Shown here: piece by piece, positions 38,583 to 52,029 of the stretch
Numbering within the stretch: the first letter of the stretch is position 1
How the letters are laid out: each line of letters starts with the position of its first letter
NCBI GenBank assembly: GCA_002245135.1
Contig: NGBS01000599.1
Coordinates: forward strand, 62,001-126,000
Source of the DNA: Proteromonas lacertae
Lineage: Eukaryota
Reading direction: 5' to 3'
DNA: 64,000 nt
Position numbers and translations under genes: made by a program
The notes under the pieces: generated by a model
What the model was told of the DNA's origin: nothing
Database searches by the model: none
What the model saw: the letters and a program-made list of their open reading frames with translations, nothing else

Positions 38583-39838
38583 TTATATACATTTACAGTT
38601 AGTTTGTATTTTTGCATTATTACAATTTCTATCAATAGTGATTTCTGAAAAAAGTGTGTTAATATCATTTACTTTAAAATCTTTTGATATATATTTTAGT
38701 GTTAAAAATAAATTGTATGGTGTTACTAATCTATTTTGATTTATATTTAACGCCTTTAGTTGATTTTTAGAAAGAATACTTCTATGTACAATCTATATAC
38801 ATTTGTAGTATATAATTATACAAAAATCAATGGTGGAAATGCATTTTCATTTTCGTTATAGTATTTACCGTAATGTATACCATGATCACCTACTATAATA
38901 GTTATTGTATTATTAAGTGAATTAGTATCTATATATTACATTACTACTATACTGTTTAATGATTGAAAGTATTTTCTTAATCTCTCATCTAAACCTGCAA
39001 CAGATAATTGATTTGCCTAATGAATTAAATTTAAATAATACATCGTGAGTATCAGAAAATGAAGTAAATGAAAATACAGGTATATTATGATGTGAATAGT
39101 ATATTTGAGATTTTGCTAAGTAATCAAGAAACATATACGATATTCTTTTCCCGTAAATACATCTTGGCCCAGTTCCATAAGCTCCAGATTTATTGTAACT
39201 ACAATGTATAAGAATTATATTTAATACTTATTTATGGATGGATGACAAGCAATATTAATATTGTGATCTGCTCCATGTACTTCAGGTTTTCCATAATTAT
39301 TGATATTATTATCACAAAATCCAGCTAATGAAATTGTTATATAACCATTATCATGAAAGCAATTAAATAATGACTTTTTCTAAAAATTAATTAAAATTAT
39401 ACTCTTAATGTTTTGTTTCTGAATTTTGTACCATAAAATAATGATAAATAATTTGGTCTTGAATTAATACCTACAGTATGATACCTAAGCATATCAAATA
39501 TATAGAAATGTTTAGACAGTAATAGAAGATATTTCTGTGTAGATTGAAACTGCTGATTAAATGCTATTCTAGATAAACCATCAAAAAGAATTAAATTAAC
39601 TGAAATTTTATGTGAAATTCTTGCAATATTTGTATGAGGTATAAATTTTAAAAATAAAAAACTACCTTTATCATTTTCATAATAATTAATTTCGTAGTTA
39701 CTTATATTTTTATTATACTAACGTATTTTTAATTGATATTAGTTTGAATAAGCCATTATATTTAAAAGAATGTATTAGATTAATCACATAAATAATATAG
39801 ATACAAATGATTAGAATAATAATTATAGAGCATTTCAT
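38583..39838 (-). pseudogene. DUF229-like gene copy disrupted by a 256-bp deletion
   Basis: The junction near 39720 reads …AAT ACG TTA GTA TAA, giving an immediate stop. Confidence 0.75.
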
Positions 39839-39843
39839 ATTTA

Positions 39844-40866
39844 TTAAGCATTATCAATTGTTTCAATTATTTTATCTATATAATCTTTTAAATAAAAGAA
39901 TTTGCTACTTTCGTAAAAATAGAAGCATTTATTTAATGGAATCTTAGATCTTGAATGCCTTACATATGCATCTTTTATATCAATATTTATTATATTTTTT
40001 TTCTCTTCCTCCCATTCTTTAGGGAAGTGAGCACCAATACTTTTTATCTTATTCGGTTTTAATATCATTTTTTCATATCCTTTTATGATTTTGCATCCTT
40101 TTTTATCTGTTTCAAATATATTTTCTAGGGTATTATTTACATAAAATAGTATTGAATGGAAAATAAAAACGTAATTATTATTACCATAGTAGTTTATAAC
40201 ATCCATTATAGTATTTCTTCTAGTTGGAATTATTATTTCGTCAATATCAGTAACAATTACATAATCACTTATATATTTATAATGATTAATACAATGATTT
40301 AATTTTGAATCTTGACCATAGTAATAAAACGAAATGTTAGGTACTTTATAATATATAATGTCTATCCAGTTTTTTTCTTTCAACCACTTATATTGTTTTC
40401 TGTATGTACTATTATAGTAACTTATATAAATAGTAATATGTTCAACTCCTAGTCTTTTGTATAATAAACATGTTCGTATAATGTTCTTACAATTAATATA
40501 TTTAAATATACTAACTACACATAAACTGAGTTTTATTCTAGTAATTATGTTTTTCTTTAATGATATAGATAGTGATTTATATATATTTTTGTTAGATTTA
40601 TTATATGCAATACCTTTTCTTTCATATGCATAAATATTCTTTCTAATATTAAATTTAAAGTATGCGTAAAGGTATATTTTCTTTTTTACATTATCATAGA
40701 AGCATAGTGGTATGTAATAGAAATTTGTTAAAGATGAGTTTATAACAGTGCAAATATAATATTCATATCTTTTATATTTATAGCTTCCTAGAGAATATAT
40801 AATCATGAATATAAAATACATCAATATTATATAAATATTATATATATAAATTGAGAACTTTTTCAT
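39844..40866 (-). CDS. GT92 glycosyltransferase, duplicate of 13726-14748
   Basis: Identical translation. Confidence 0.75.
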   Translation of the reverse strand: MKKFSIYIYNIYIILMYFIFMIIYSLGSYKYKRYEYYICTVINSSLTNFYYIPLCFYDNVKKKIYLYAYFKFNIRKNIYAYERKGIAYNKSNKNIYKSLSISLKKNIITRIKLSLCVVSIFKYINCKNIIRTCLLYKRLGVEHITIYISYYNSTYRKQYKWLKEKNWIDIIYYKVPNISFYYYGQDSKLNHCINHYKYISDYVIVTDIDEIIIPTRRNTIMDVINYYGNNNYVFIFHSILFYVNNTLENIFETDKKGCKIIKGYEKMILKPNKIKSIGAHFPKEWEEEKKNIINIDIKDAYVRHSRSKIPLNKCFYFYESSKFFYLKDYIDKIIETIDNA

Positions 40867-42343
40867 AAATAAATATTTTCCAAGATTATATTAATAGTTT
40901 CAGCCAGACCTCCATACGCAGACCGATTTATACAGCCCTATTTTCATTTAAATTATTCGAAAAGCTGTATATGTATATAATTTTCAAAAATATTAATATA
41001 TGGATTTTTCTTTAATATTATTATAGAAATTCCATTTACTTATACTCATTTATAATATCTTTAAATTTGTTTTATCAAGTTTATGGTTTTTTATTCATAC
41101 AGTAAAGAATTGATATATTTCAACTCTGTCATTATATTTGATAGAAATGTAATTCTTTTAATATATTAAGTCATAATTCTCATCTTGATTGGATTGAACA
41201 AATAAAATACAAACAAATTAAATTAATATCACCTCGTATAGGTTATAAAAATGGTTTAAGATGGTGTGCAACACCATTAATTGTTTATAGAAAGTGGCTC
41301 TATTTAATGTGGTTTAACAAAATTTATTGTAAAAATGCAGCTGAAGATGCGCATTTATCATTTACATTACTATTATTTTGTAATATTGAGTGTATTCATA
41401 TTGCAATGAATAATTTAAGTTGCAAAAATGATAAACTATCATTATCCAAACATTTAGTATCATCAAAGTTATGGAGTGATTACACAAACTATATAAAGAA
41501 AATTAACATTTCTTATATTAATTATATAAAAAGTAAATATCACATAGTATAAAATTATAAAATTAAACCTTGTATTGCTATTTGTCTATTGAATTTTCCT
41601 TGTATTTTTTTTGGTATAAAACCTTATTACAAAGAAATTAATACAATTTATTGATGCATGATTGATGTATATTTTTTGGTAAGAAAGAATGTAGTATTTT
41701 ATTGAAATCATTATTATAATACTATTTATCAGTGTTGTATTTATCTGTCAAAAAATATAGTTTTGCCTATACGTCAAAACCTATATCTTTAGCTTGACCT
41801 TTACCTTACTTATACAATATTAGGCTCACTAGAATTTAGAAGGTTTTGCTTCAAACTAAGATAAACTTTACCTTGAAGATAGGTTTATAATGATTATTTA
41901 TTTTCAGAAACTTAGAAAGCAAGAGACTTATTAAAGAGAAATTATTAATATCCAGAAATAGAGATTTATTGTTATAATTACATTTAAGTTTGTTTTTTAG
42001 AGATAGCAATCAATATAAATAAATCAACAAAAAAACAATTTGTTTATAAATATGTTAAATATAACTATTGAGTAGTTTGCAGATGAATTTTAATGCATCA
42101 GAATAGATATTTTTACAATTTCTACTAATCTTTGTCATAATTATGGTAATTAAAGTAAAACAGGAATGAGGATAAATATTTTATATTGTTACTCAGTAAG
42201 TAATTAAAATAGATTTTAACAAAATAATACTCGAGGTTTGACCTGCCGATAGTCAAAGCTAGATTATAGGTTTCACCTAAAACCATATTTATACAACCCT
42301 GCTTTTTATTACATAAAAAATTCTATCATGATTTAGACTATTT

Positions 42344-43654
42344 ATGTTTATATATATAAAATTCTTATTATTGTTATTGTTTTTGCAGTTATATAATTTA
42401 TTGGGTAAATTTTTCTCATATTATGCAAGCAGTAATAATAATGATTATAATTACAATTATTTATATACAAAATGTATAAATACTATAGAAATAAATAAAT
42501 GCAACACAAGTAAAATTATATTAAACAATTATACATATGGATTTCAATTCTATGATAGATTATATCATTCTTCTAATTGTGAAGTGTGTAATACAATATT
42601 AAACACAACTCAATCTATTAAATGCAATAATGGAATAATAAAAACCCATAGATCCTATATTTCAGATTTTTATAGATGCATAAACGAATCAGAAGAATTA
42701 TATGGATCAGAGGTTATTCAGAATTGGATATTTAAGAAGCAAAATCCTATTAATTGTTATAATAAGAAATATTTAATAATACCATATTGGGGATCTGGTT
42801 TTGGCTCACAAATACATGTTATGGGGTCATTTTTAGCATTAGCGCTAAATAGTAATAGAATTGCATTAATACACAATACAATGCTAAATAAATATATATA
42901 TCCATTAACAAACTGTAATATAATTCCTAAAAATAATGAATTAAATAAATCATATGATGCTTTCAGTAATAATAAATATGTTTATCAAAAAACATCTAAT
43001 TACATAAATAAATATCCAAGATATGTAATTCCTGACTATGTTTATAATTTCTTAATAAAATCACCAATTCATCCTTCTTACTATCTTCATTATTGGAGAA
43101 CACAATCTTCGAAATATATATATAAATTAAAAGATAAAACAAAATTAATTGTGAATAAACAATTTCATAAATATTATATATGTAATAATAATCTGAATAG
43201 TTTACTATCTAATCCATGCATTAATGTGTGGGTAAGACATGGAGATAAGTATAAAGAAATGAAATTAATTGAAACAGAGAAATATTTTTCTGCTATTAAG
43301 CTGATAACAAGGATTATTGGTAAGAAATTTGTGATATATTTATCAACAGATGATAGGGATGTAATAAATACATTCATTCAATTAGACTATCCTATATGTT
43401 ATTTAAATTACTCACGATATAATGATAATATAAGTAATTGGAAAGATAATCATATATTTAATATAATTAGTGATATTGAAATATCCTTGAAATGCATTTT
43501 ATTTATTGGTACTAGAAACAGCAATATAAATCGATTAATTGATGAATTGAGATCTACAAGTAAAAATAATAGCAACATACCATATTTTGAAATGGGAAGA
43601 ATTAACTATATTAATGAAACAAATAAATACTTAGAAATACCTGAATATTGGTGA
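42344..43654 (+). CDS. GT23-like fucosyltransferase, duplicate of 10938-12248
   Basis: Identical translation. Confidence 0.82.
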   Translation: MFIYIKFLLLLLFLQLYNLLGKFFSYYASSNNNDYNYNYLYTKCINTIEINKCNTSKIILNNYTYGFQFYDRLYHSSNCEVCNTILNTTQSIKCNNGIIKTHRSYISDFYRCINESEELYGSEVIQNWIFKKQNPINCYNKKYLIIPYWGSGFGSQIHVMGSFLALALNSNRIALIHNTMLNKYIYPLTNCNIIPKNNELNKSYDAFSNNKYVYQKTSNYINKYPRYVIPDYVYNFLIKSPIHPSYYLHYWRTQSSKYIYKLKDKTKLIVNKQFHKYYICNNNLNSLLSNPCINVWVRHGDKYKEMKLIETEKYFSAIKLITRIIGKKFVIYLSTDDRDVINTFIQLDYPICYLNYSRYNDNISNWKDNHIFNIISDIEISLKCILFIGTRNSNINRLIDELRSTSKNNSNIPYFEMGRINYINETNKYLEIPEYW

Positions 43655-43864
43655 TTAAACTCTTCTTAAAAATCTAATTTCATATTTATTACATATCATA
43701 TAAGCATAGGAGAATAAAGTATATTATTCATTGAATTAATAATATTTAATACTAATTGTTCATATTAAACTGAAAGAATTTTGTTTATTATATGAATATG
43801 CTCTACTCCCATATTTATTTTCTTCATATGTAATTTTATTAAATAATGTATTTAGAATATTATA

Positions 43865-44648
43865 ATGAATAGAAAATATGTATTTTCATTTCTTTTCTTT
43901 TTAAATATTTCTATTATTCTACGAATATTCTATAATATATATGTGAACAATATATACTTTTATTCATTCATTACATCATTACCACCAATATTATACTATA
44001 ATGATTATATTTTTAAAATAGTATTATCAAATATTAGGTCTTTTATAGGAAACAGGGGGTTAATAATTATATACATTCAAACTAATATTCAATTTTATAA
44101 TTTGAAATGTAGAGAATGTAGAATAATCAAAATTACTAGGTATATAGTATGAAATAATTATTAATAGCAATAATAGTTATGGAACTCCATTTTTTTACCC
44201 AATGATTGATAAATCTATATCAATCTTTCACAGTAAAATTTTGATTTATTTTAACTCAGATATTTTATTTTCAAAAAATATTATGATAATAATAAACATA
44301 TTGAGGAATAATTATCTTCATAATAAAAGAATACTAATTGTTGGTAAAAGGGGTGATATATATTGGAAAAATGTATATCTAGCAAAAAGGCATACAGATT
44401 TATGGAAAACTTGCAAGATTCATTCAGGCAAAGGAATTGACTATTTTATTTTTACGCAATCAACATTTTCTTCTGCCGATAAATTTATTCTCAATGAAAT
44501 TGTTGTAGGACGTGTCAGATATGATAATATTATCGTATCACTAGCATTAAAAAGAAATAATAGATATGTTTTTGATGGTACTGATTTTATAATGGCAGTT
44601 CACTTAAGTATATTGAGTAGAGAAAAAACCAAATTAGTTATTGTATAG
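43865..44648 (+). CDS. Putative GT-A protein, duplicate of 9944-10727
   Basis: Identical translation; intron at 44140-44167. Confidence 0.6.
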
Positions 44649-44821
44649 ATTATCTAATATATAAACTAGAGACAAAAGAAGAGAGATTATTATTATAACT
44701 GCAATGTAATTAAAAAATACAATTATAGTTATATTTATTTAGGATCAGTAGACAAAATAAAGAATAAGCTAAATAGCTCAAATTATAAAATAGTGTTGAA
44801 ATAAGTGTTAGTAATTATAAT

Positions 44822-46261
44822 GAGTATTATTCTTGAATGTAATATTTGCAACCCTTATCAATATTGCAAAAAATGAATATTTTTGTGTTGAGGTATAGTT
44901 ATGCAATCAATTTATTTTTTGATATATTTAACAATATTAGGAGTTAAATAATGTTTATCAACATAAACAATATCATTATTTATTATGTATGTACATTTTT
45001 TGTTAATACACAAATGTTTATTCATATCACATTTTCTTATATTTTTATGATTAAAGAAGATAAATCAGATATAGCACAATTTACTCCTAATATAGCAAAT
45101 GCGGATTATCATTTATAGCTACTATGTTATTGCTAAATTTCAGTAAATGTTTTTGGAGATGAATATAATACTTATTGAAGTTGTTAATAAATCTCTCACT
45201 ATTTTTAAACTCATAACTATATTTAAAGCTACACATTATTATTAGCTTAATATTTTTATTTTTTTCTATTGCTGATAATATATGATCTATTCTAAATAAT
45301 GATATATCCTTTTCTGCATTAAAATATATGATATTATATATACCGCATATTCATTGATCTTTATGAGAGTCTCCTATTAACAGTATTTTGGAGCAATTAC
45401 TTTGATTAACTACAATTTTACATGGATATTGAATAAGATATTTTTGAAAATTGTATATACAAATTAATGAAATTTTTGATTTAGACCTAAGGTTCAAATT
45501 TTGAACCTAGGTTTAAAATCTTTCTTCTCCAAATTAATTACTAATTAAGAAGACTATAATTAATTATAATACTAATTAAAATGTATATACAAAGTGTGAA
45601 TAATAATATGTATTATTACACAAAAATATCGCTGCATTATGAAATTAAGTAAATAAAATTGAACTATAGCCAGAAATATTAATTTCTTTCTTGAAATGAA
45701 TAAAATATGAAATCAAGAATTGATACAACCTTGGTAATAAGCAGTAATAACAATATATATTATCATTATCAATATTGTAATAATTTAGTGTAGAAGATAA
45801 TATAATTAGAAATACAATAATATTTTTTAAAAATCTAAACACTAATGTTAATAGTATTATAATATAGAATTGATATTCCAATGATAAGCTCTAATAGTAT
45901 TATTAATATAGAAAAGGTGAAGGATTATCATAATTATGAAAATAGTCTGTGTGTTTTATGTAGTAATAATCATTTAATTTAAAAAATAGTATAGAACTCA
46001 TATCAAAATAATGAACTATATATTTTCTACAAAAGAGAACTATAAAAAGAGATTAAAAAAATAGCCTTTTGCTATTTCTAACTATATATTCAACATTATA
46101 AAAATTGTGTCTCTTCAGATTAGGTAATATGTAATTATATTAAGAAAACTTGTAACTATCAGTAATATATCTACACCTAAATATCCACCTTGGAAAATAT
46201 CTATATTATAATGATATAATATGATTAAATCATAGAAATTCATCTTAAAAAATATATATCA
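44822..46261 (-). pseudogene. Degraded OafA-type acyltransferase, duplicate of 8330-9770
   Basis: Mirror of 8330-9770. Confidence 0.7.
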
Positions 46262-46313
46262 TATCTTATTATCAACTAATAACATAAAATGGTTGAATGA
46301 AGATTTAATCACA

Positions 46314-47114
46314 ATGATTTTATTTAAATATATTACTTTTATTGTTCTGTTGATAATATTAGTAATAATTATTAGATCTATATTTTACAATAGCATCAAT
46401 TTGAATAATATTAATAAAAATATTACAAACTATACATTATTAAATGATATGTCTGTCTTATTATCAAATTGTAATATAACTAACATTATGCGATATAATA
46501 TAACCAATAAAAAAGAATATGTTAATTATATGAACTATTTATCATGTGAATGTAAAGGAATAGGATACTGGGGTGGATTTTGTTTAAAAAAAGATAAAAT
46601 ATATGTAGGTGGTAACAACGTTCATGATAGTAGCTTGTCTATTAAATTACAAGATTTGTTTAAAGATAAGACAGTAATAGATCTTGGATCTGGTTTGGGT
46701 TGGTATTGCCCTATAATATCAAAGAAAGCAAAGAAATGTGATGAGTATGATGGTTCAGTGAATATTGAAGATATTACAAATGGAAAAGTGAAATACTTAA
46801 ATTTGGCTGAACCAATACAATTTCAATGCAATTATGATATAGTAATGTCAATAGAAGTTGCTGAACATATTCCAAAAGAATATGAAGATATATATATTAC
46901 TAACTTAATAAAATGTTGTAGAAAAGGATTATTAATAACATGGAGTAAAATAGGTCAACCAGGACATTTTCATGTAAATAATAGAAATAGAGAGGATGTA
47001 ATAAACATATTTGAGAAAAGGGGCTTAAAATATAATTATACTATAACATATACACTTAAAAATGCTACTAAAATATGGTGGTTAAAGAATAATATACTTT
47101 ACTTTTCCAAGTAA
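46314..47114 (+). CDS. SAM methyltransferase, duplicate of 7477-8277
   Basis: Identical translation. Confidence 0.85.
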   Translation: MILFKYITFIVLLIILVIIIRSIFYNSINLNNINKNITNYTLLNDMSVLLSNCNITNIMRYNITNKKEYVNYMNYLSCECKGIGYWGGFCLKKDKIYVGGNNVHDSSLSIKLQDLFKDKTVIDLGSGLGWYCPIISKKAKKCDEYDGSVNIEDITNGKVKYLNLAEPIQFQCNYDIVMSIEVAEHIPKEYEDIYITNLIKCCRKGLLITWSKIGQPGHFHVNNRNREDVINIFEKRGLKYNYTITYTLKNATKIWWLKNNILYFSK

Positions 47115-47261
47115 TTAATAATTTACTCTTATACATTATTTTTAGTAAATATTATTATTTTCATTCAATTTTCGCTTGCTTTCTAATTTTATAAAAGTAT
47201 ATTGTAATATTAATTTTAAGATTTGTTTTATTCAATTATATGAATTAATACAAAATATAAA

Positions 47262-49075
47262 TTAATAGTTAAACTTGGGTAATTCTACAAATCCAAACAT
47301 ATTGTTTCTGCCCATTTTCATTGTGATGAATTTGTAATACTTTATAATATCATTATTATCTTTTGAAATGTATATAATGTTTAGTGCAAAACATAATATT
47401 TCCTTATTATATCCTTTTTTTAATATTTTTGATAATGCTTGATTAATTAGTCTATGTATTAATATTGATTTGCACACATATAATTTATTTAAATGATTCA
47501 TATCCTTAAAAATCACTTTTGTGAAGATTCTATTTAAACAAGATTTATTACCATTACAATAGCTTAGAAATATATTTATATAAATAATTCTTTTATCATT
47601 TATTATTGGTAATAAATCTTGCCTGCATATTGTGTCATTTAATCTAAATCTATGAGGATTATCTTGAAATATAATTATTCCATCTGTTTTGTTAATAATG
47701 TTTTGTATAAAGAATTTAAAACCTTCTTCAAATTTATATTTATTTGTAAAAAGAAATTGATAGTCTACATACAATGATATTAAACACAAATTTATTCTCT
47801 TTATATTATGAAGGTAATTAGTTAATTGTTTGAAATTCTTTTCTAAATTAATAATCCAAGTTTGTATATATAATATTTTATCTATTTTATAATTACTCAA
47901 TAAATTAATTATAACAGATAAATACTGATCTAGATGAGAATCACCTATTAAAATCAGTGTTTTATCATTAAATACTACATTATTTATATTATAATTACAC
48001 TTTTTAGGTGTTGTACAAAATTTGTTATTGTTGTTTAAAATATTCATTTGATTTCTTTCAATAACTTTTATTGATTTTAATAAAGATACTAAAACAATAA
48101 AAGTAATTACAACGCACAAAGAGTTTATATATCTGTAATAATAAATATATCTCAATGGTAACTCTAAATATGTGTATAAAATGTATGAAATCAAAAGAAG
48201 CTTAATTATTATAATAGAAAGACTATTATTGTTGCGAATAATTGGATAATGAAATAAATATAGAATATAAGACATACTTCCAATTTTATCTAATATTCTG
48301 CTTCTAAATAACTCATCATTCTTTCGTATTAATAGTTGTGAAGTTAATATTGTAGGTAATAGTGCTATAAAACCAGGAAATTTCATTCTATTGAATATTC
48401 CAATTATATATGAAGAAATAATTAAAGAACAAACTATGACTTTTGATTCTAAATAGCAATTTAAATTCGCTTTGCTTACTATACATCCTAATAGTATTTC
48501 CCATGCTCTGTTACTAAGCAAATAATATGATGATGGATTATTTAAATATGTTGATATTATACATTTTATAAAGCTTATTCCAAATAATAGAATGATTATC
48601 TCAATCACATTATTAAAATGAAAATAGAAATAAGGATATATAAAATAAAATTGTTCTTCAAGTGATAATGACCAATAGTTTAGAATAATTGGAAGATTTT
48701 CACTTTGAAAATAGCTGAATGTTACTTTGTAGTATCTAATATTTGAAATACATAACAAACAAGAAATAATATCATAATAATGTCTTATTTCATTGTAGCT
48801 ATTTTTATCAATTGTAGGATGATAATAATAATAGCATATCAAACAACAAATACTGGAAGGAAATAGTCTTTTTATTCTTCTTGAATAGAATTCAAAAATT
48901 CCATTGTATGATTTAGTGAATTTAAATAAACTAAGTGTTATTATATAGCCAGATATTACAAAAAAAATATCTACACCTATAAAACCACCGGGAATATAAT
49001 TACTGTTATAATGATAAATAAAAACTAAAAAAAAGCAACAGATCTTAATTCTTGTATATCATTTCTATAATTCAT
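47262..49075 (-). CDS. OafA-type O-acyltransferase, duplicate of 5516-7329 (same homopolymer frameshift)
   Basis: Identical translation; A8 run at 49027-49034. Confidence 0.85.
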
Positions 49076-49095
49076 GACATAGATAATTAAAATAG

Positions 49096-49713
49096 ACAAT
49101 TATTATTCCTTATTTTATTCTTTTATTTATATTATATTATGTATATACAAATAAGTTATATCATTATGAATTAGTCATAGCCTTCATATCGTGCAACAGA
49201 TTATTTTATCTAAATTTAAGTATTATAAGTATATATAATCATTTCAATGATTATGATAAAAGAATGAAATATACTATAATAAATATTGATCAAGGTACTC
49301 CTAACAGAGAATTTTTATTTTCATATTATAATCTTAAAAATATCTTTTATTTAAACCCAGCAGGATATGCTAATTCTTTTCGTTTGTTATTTTCTTATTT
49401 ATACAAAAAATATATTCTTATTGTAGAAGAAGATTGGGTAATAATGAAGAACATAGAAAAGAGAATTAAATTTAGTAATTTTTTATATACAAGTATTATG
49501 ATTCTATCAAATTCAGATTATATATATGGTTTGTATTTAAGACATCATCCCAAAGGCAACTCTACAAAAAGAAAGTATAAAAAGCTGAATATAACTTATT
49601 ATGAAGTAATTCAACCTTGGAAAGGATTTTGTTACACAAATGGTGCATCAATTTATAAATCAATTTATTTAAAGAAAATGGATTATGCAGGTTCTGAGTT
49701 TCAAACTATTTGA
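49096..49713 (+). pseudogene. 3'-truncated copy of the GT2-like gene
   Basis: Reads …GSEFQTI* instead of …GSEFQTARRC…; the breakpoint is at 49707. Confidence 0.75.
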
Positions 49714-49747
49714 TCTTATTTTTTGTATTTGAGTATAACTTGTGATG

Positions 49748-50013
49748 GAGTGTTAAATTCACAATAATATTCATATATTTTGTTTATGTTCATTTGCTCT
49801 TATGTTCTACACAAAAAGATCATGAAAATAATATAATATATTTAAGATAAATGACTTTAAATATTAGAATATGAGATTTATACAAAGTAGTTTATATCAC
49901 TAAATAAGGGTATATTCATATAGTTTAGATCATTGCAAAAACTATGGTGGTATTAGTTTTTGATGAAAATCATTAATCTCATATAGGCTCATTTTTCATA
50001 TTGGCGCACAATA
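49748..50013 (-). mobile_element. Right end (TIR) of a subfamily D element
   Basis: Reverse complement reads TATTGTGCGCCAATATGAAAAATGAGCCTATAT…AAACTAA; imperfect inverted match to 51335-51578. Confidence 0.7.
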
Positions 50014-50345
50014 AACGTTGCACAGAAATTTTCCAACTCAATCTAGATGGTGTTTCAAAATCATATATTAAGATAATATTCATAATGAAATGATTTTCAT
50101 TACTATTTTTGTTTTTTGTTTTTGGACCATATGTTTAGCACTAACAGTTGCTATCCACATTTGTACAGCTCATATAGCAACCAAAACCCTTATCCTGTCA
50201 AACCGTTACATACAAATGGTAAGCTATCACATGCAATATATTAATCATGGAGAACCGAATATTGCACATTCAGCAAGCTTCGTATGAAGACCAAATGTCA
50301 AACCAAGCTGCCCAATATCAATCTAGCTTATGACTAATAAATATA

Positions 50346-51103
50346 ATGTATTTAAATAATCCAAACAATAGAATTAATCACAAAATTTACTCAATTAAAC
50401 ATATAAATCAAATAAAAATAGAAAGTAATTTATATCCTAGATTATGGAGTTGTTTATATAGAATAGAAGATGAAATTCATAAATCTTCATATCATAGTCA
50501 ATCTGGTGAAGATAAATTATTCTATGATACTAATTTTAAAAATAAATTAAATGGTAAATATGTAGAATTAGGTGCATTAGATGGAATTATGTTTAGTAAT
50601 ACATATTTTTATGAACATTACCTTGGATGGTCAGGTATTTTGATTAAAGGAGGATATGATAATTATCTTAAGCTTATTATCAATCAAAATCAAAGGCCTA
50701 GATCTCAAATTATATACAGAATTTAAAGCTTCAGGAGCAGTAGGTGGAATAACAAAAGAATTACCACCTAATTGGTTTGAATTGGACAAACAACAATCAA
50801 TCATAAAATCTGTATTAGCAACCTTTTAAACATTCACAAAATCAGTCATATAGATTTCTTTTCGTTAGATGTTGAAGGTTCAGAATTAAATGTATTAGAA
50901 ACATTTTATTTTACATATATGTACATTTTTGGACAATTGAATTTAATAGCGATAAAGAATATAAAAATAAAAAGGTAAGACAAATATTATCTAAAAATGG
51001 ACTTACTCAATGTTTATTAAAATTGAGAAATAACAATGAGTGTTGGGAGGATAAAAAGTATGAAAATAAAGTACAAGAGGTAATTGAAAAAGAAAATATT
51101 TAA
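50346..51103 (+). pseudogene. FkbM-family methyltransferase, broken
   Basis: SQSGEDK, YVELGALDGIMFSNTYFYE…LGWSGILI; HIDFFSLDVEGSELNVL lies downstream of a stop or frameshift. Confidence 0.8.
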
Positions 51104-51334
51104 AGATCAAATTTTAGTGTTAAGTGTTAAAATTATTTATTATAACCTATGTTTCTTTACATATTTCTTTAAATGTTGCTAAATTTCATATTACTTGTAC
51201 CAGCCATCAAGTTTTGCATTTCTGTAACGACTCTTTCCTAAAACCATATTTTTTGTTGCAAAAACTTATTCGAACATCAAGCTCTTATTTTTTGATTTAT
51301 AATTCCTCATAAAATTTCATCTCATAAACACACA

Positions 51335-51578
51335 TATTGAGCGCCAATATGAAAAATGAGCCTATATTAGATTAATGACTTTCTTCAAAAACTAATACAA
51401 CCATAGTTCTTTCAATGACCTAAAATATATTAATATAATATTGTATAAATCTTATATTCTGATATTTAAAGTCATTTATCTTAAATATTTTTTACTATTT
51501 TCATTATCTTTTTGTGTAGAACATAAGAAAAAATGAACATAAACAAAATATTAGATTATTATTGTGATTTTAACACTC
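51335..51578 (+). mobile_element. Left end (TIR) of a subfamily D element
   Basis: TATTGAGCGCCAATATGAAAAATGAGCCTATAT…AAACTAA. The adjacent 51575-51668 resembles 29953-30040. Confidence 0.7.
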
Positions 51579-51855
51579 AATATTTATAAGATTTTATAAT
51601 AAATGAAACTTTAGGGATATTACATTACCTCCTTTCGCATCGAAAGAAGTTGTGGATTTATTCAATTATAAAATGTTTCATTAAAATATTAACTACTTCG
51701 AAATGTTTTGGAAAAACGTTATTAAAATAAAATATTCAGATTTTTACATATGGTCGATGAACTATTTCTTTTCTTAGATATAAACTTCATAATACAAAGG
51801 ACTGTTATAAAGAAATTCTTGAAAAGGCATAAGAATTGTATATCTATTATACAAC

Positions 51856-51916
51856 TGTTGTACGCCGTTGGGAGATTTGCGCCGTTGGGAGATAAAAGAC
51901 TTTTATTTAAAACTAA
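51856..51916 (+). mobile_element. Left end of a subfamily C element (partner end not in window)
   Basis: TGTTGTACGCCGTTGGGAGATTTGCGCCGTTGGGAGAT…AAACTAA, with the same spacing as the other ends; preceded by ACAAC. Confidence 0.7.
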
Positions 51917-52029
51917 TATTATATTTATGATATTGGCGTGAAGTTATGTACAAATATATATTTAGTTTTATAATGTATGAGAGACATGTTGATATCAACT
52001 ATTAGAGTATCATATTTTATTTTAAAATG

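Larger units (their letters stand above)
34462..49707. repeat. Copy 2 (derived, inverted) of the 15.5-kb duplication
   Basis: Reverse complement of 4884-20386 apart from a 256-bp deletion and a 1-bp indel; both ends cut genes. Confidence 0.97.

Noticed and set aside
51856..51893. CRISPR-like repeats (17-bp period motifs)
   Set aside because: Only two units, no spacers and no cas genes; explained as element-end repeats.
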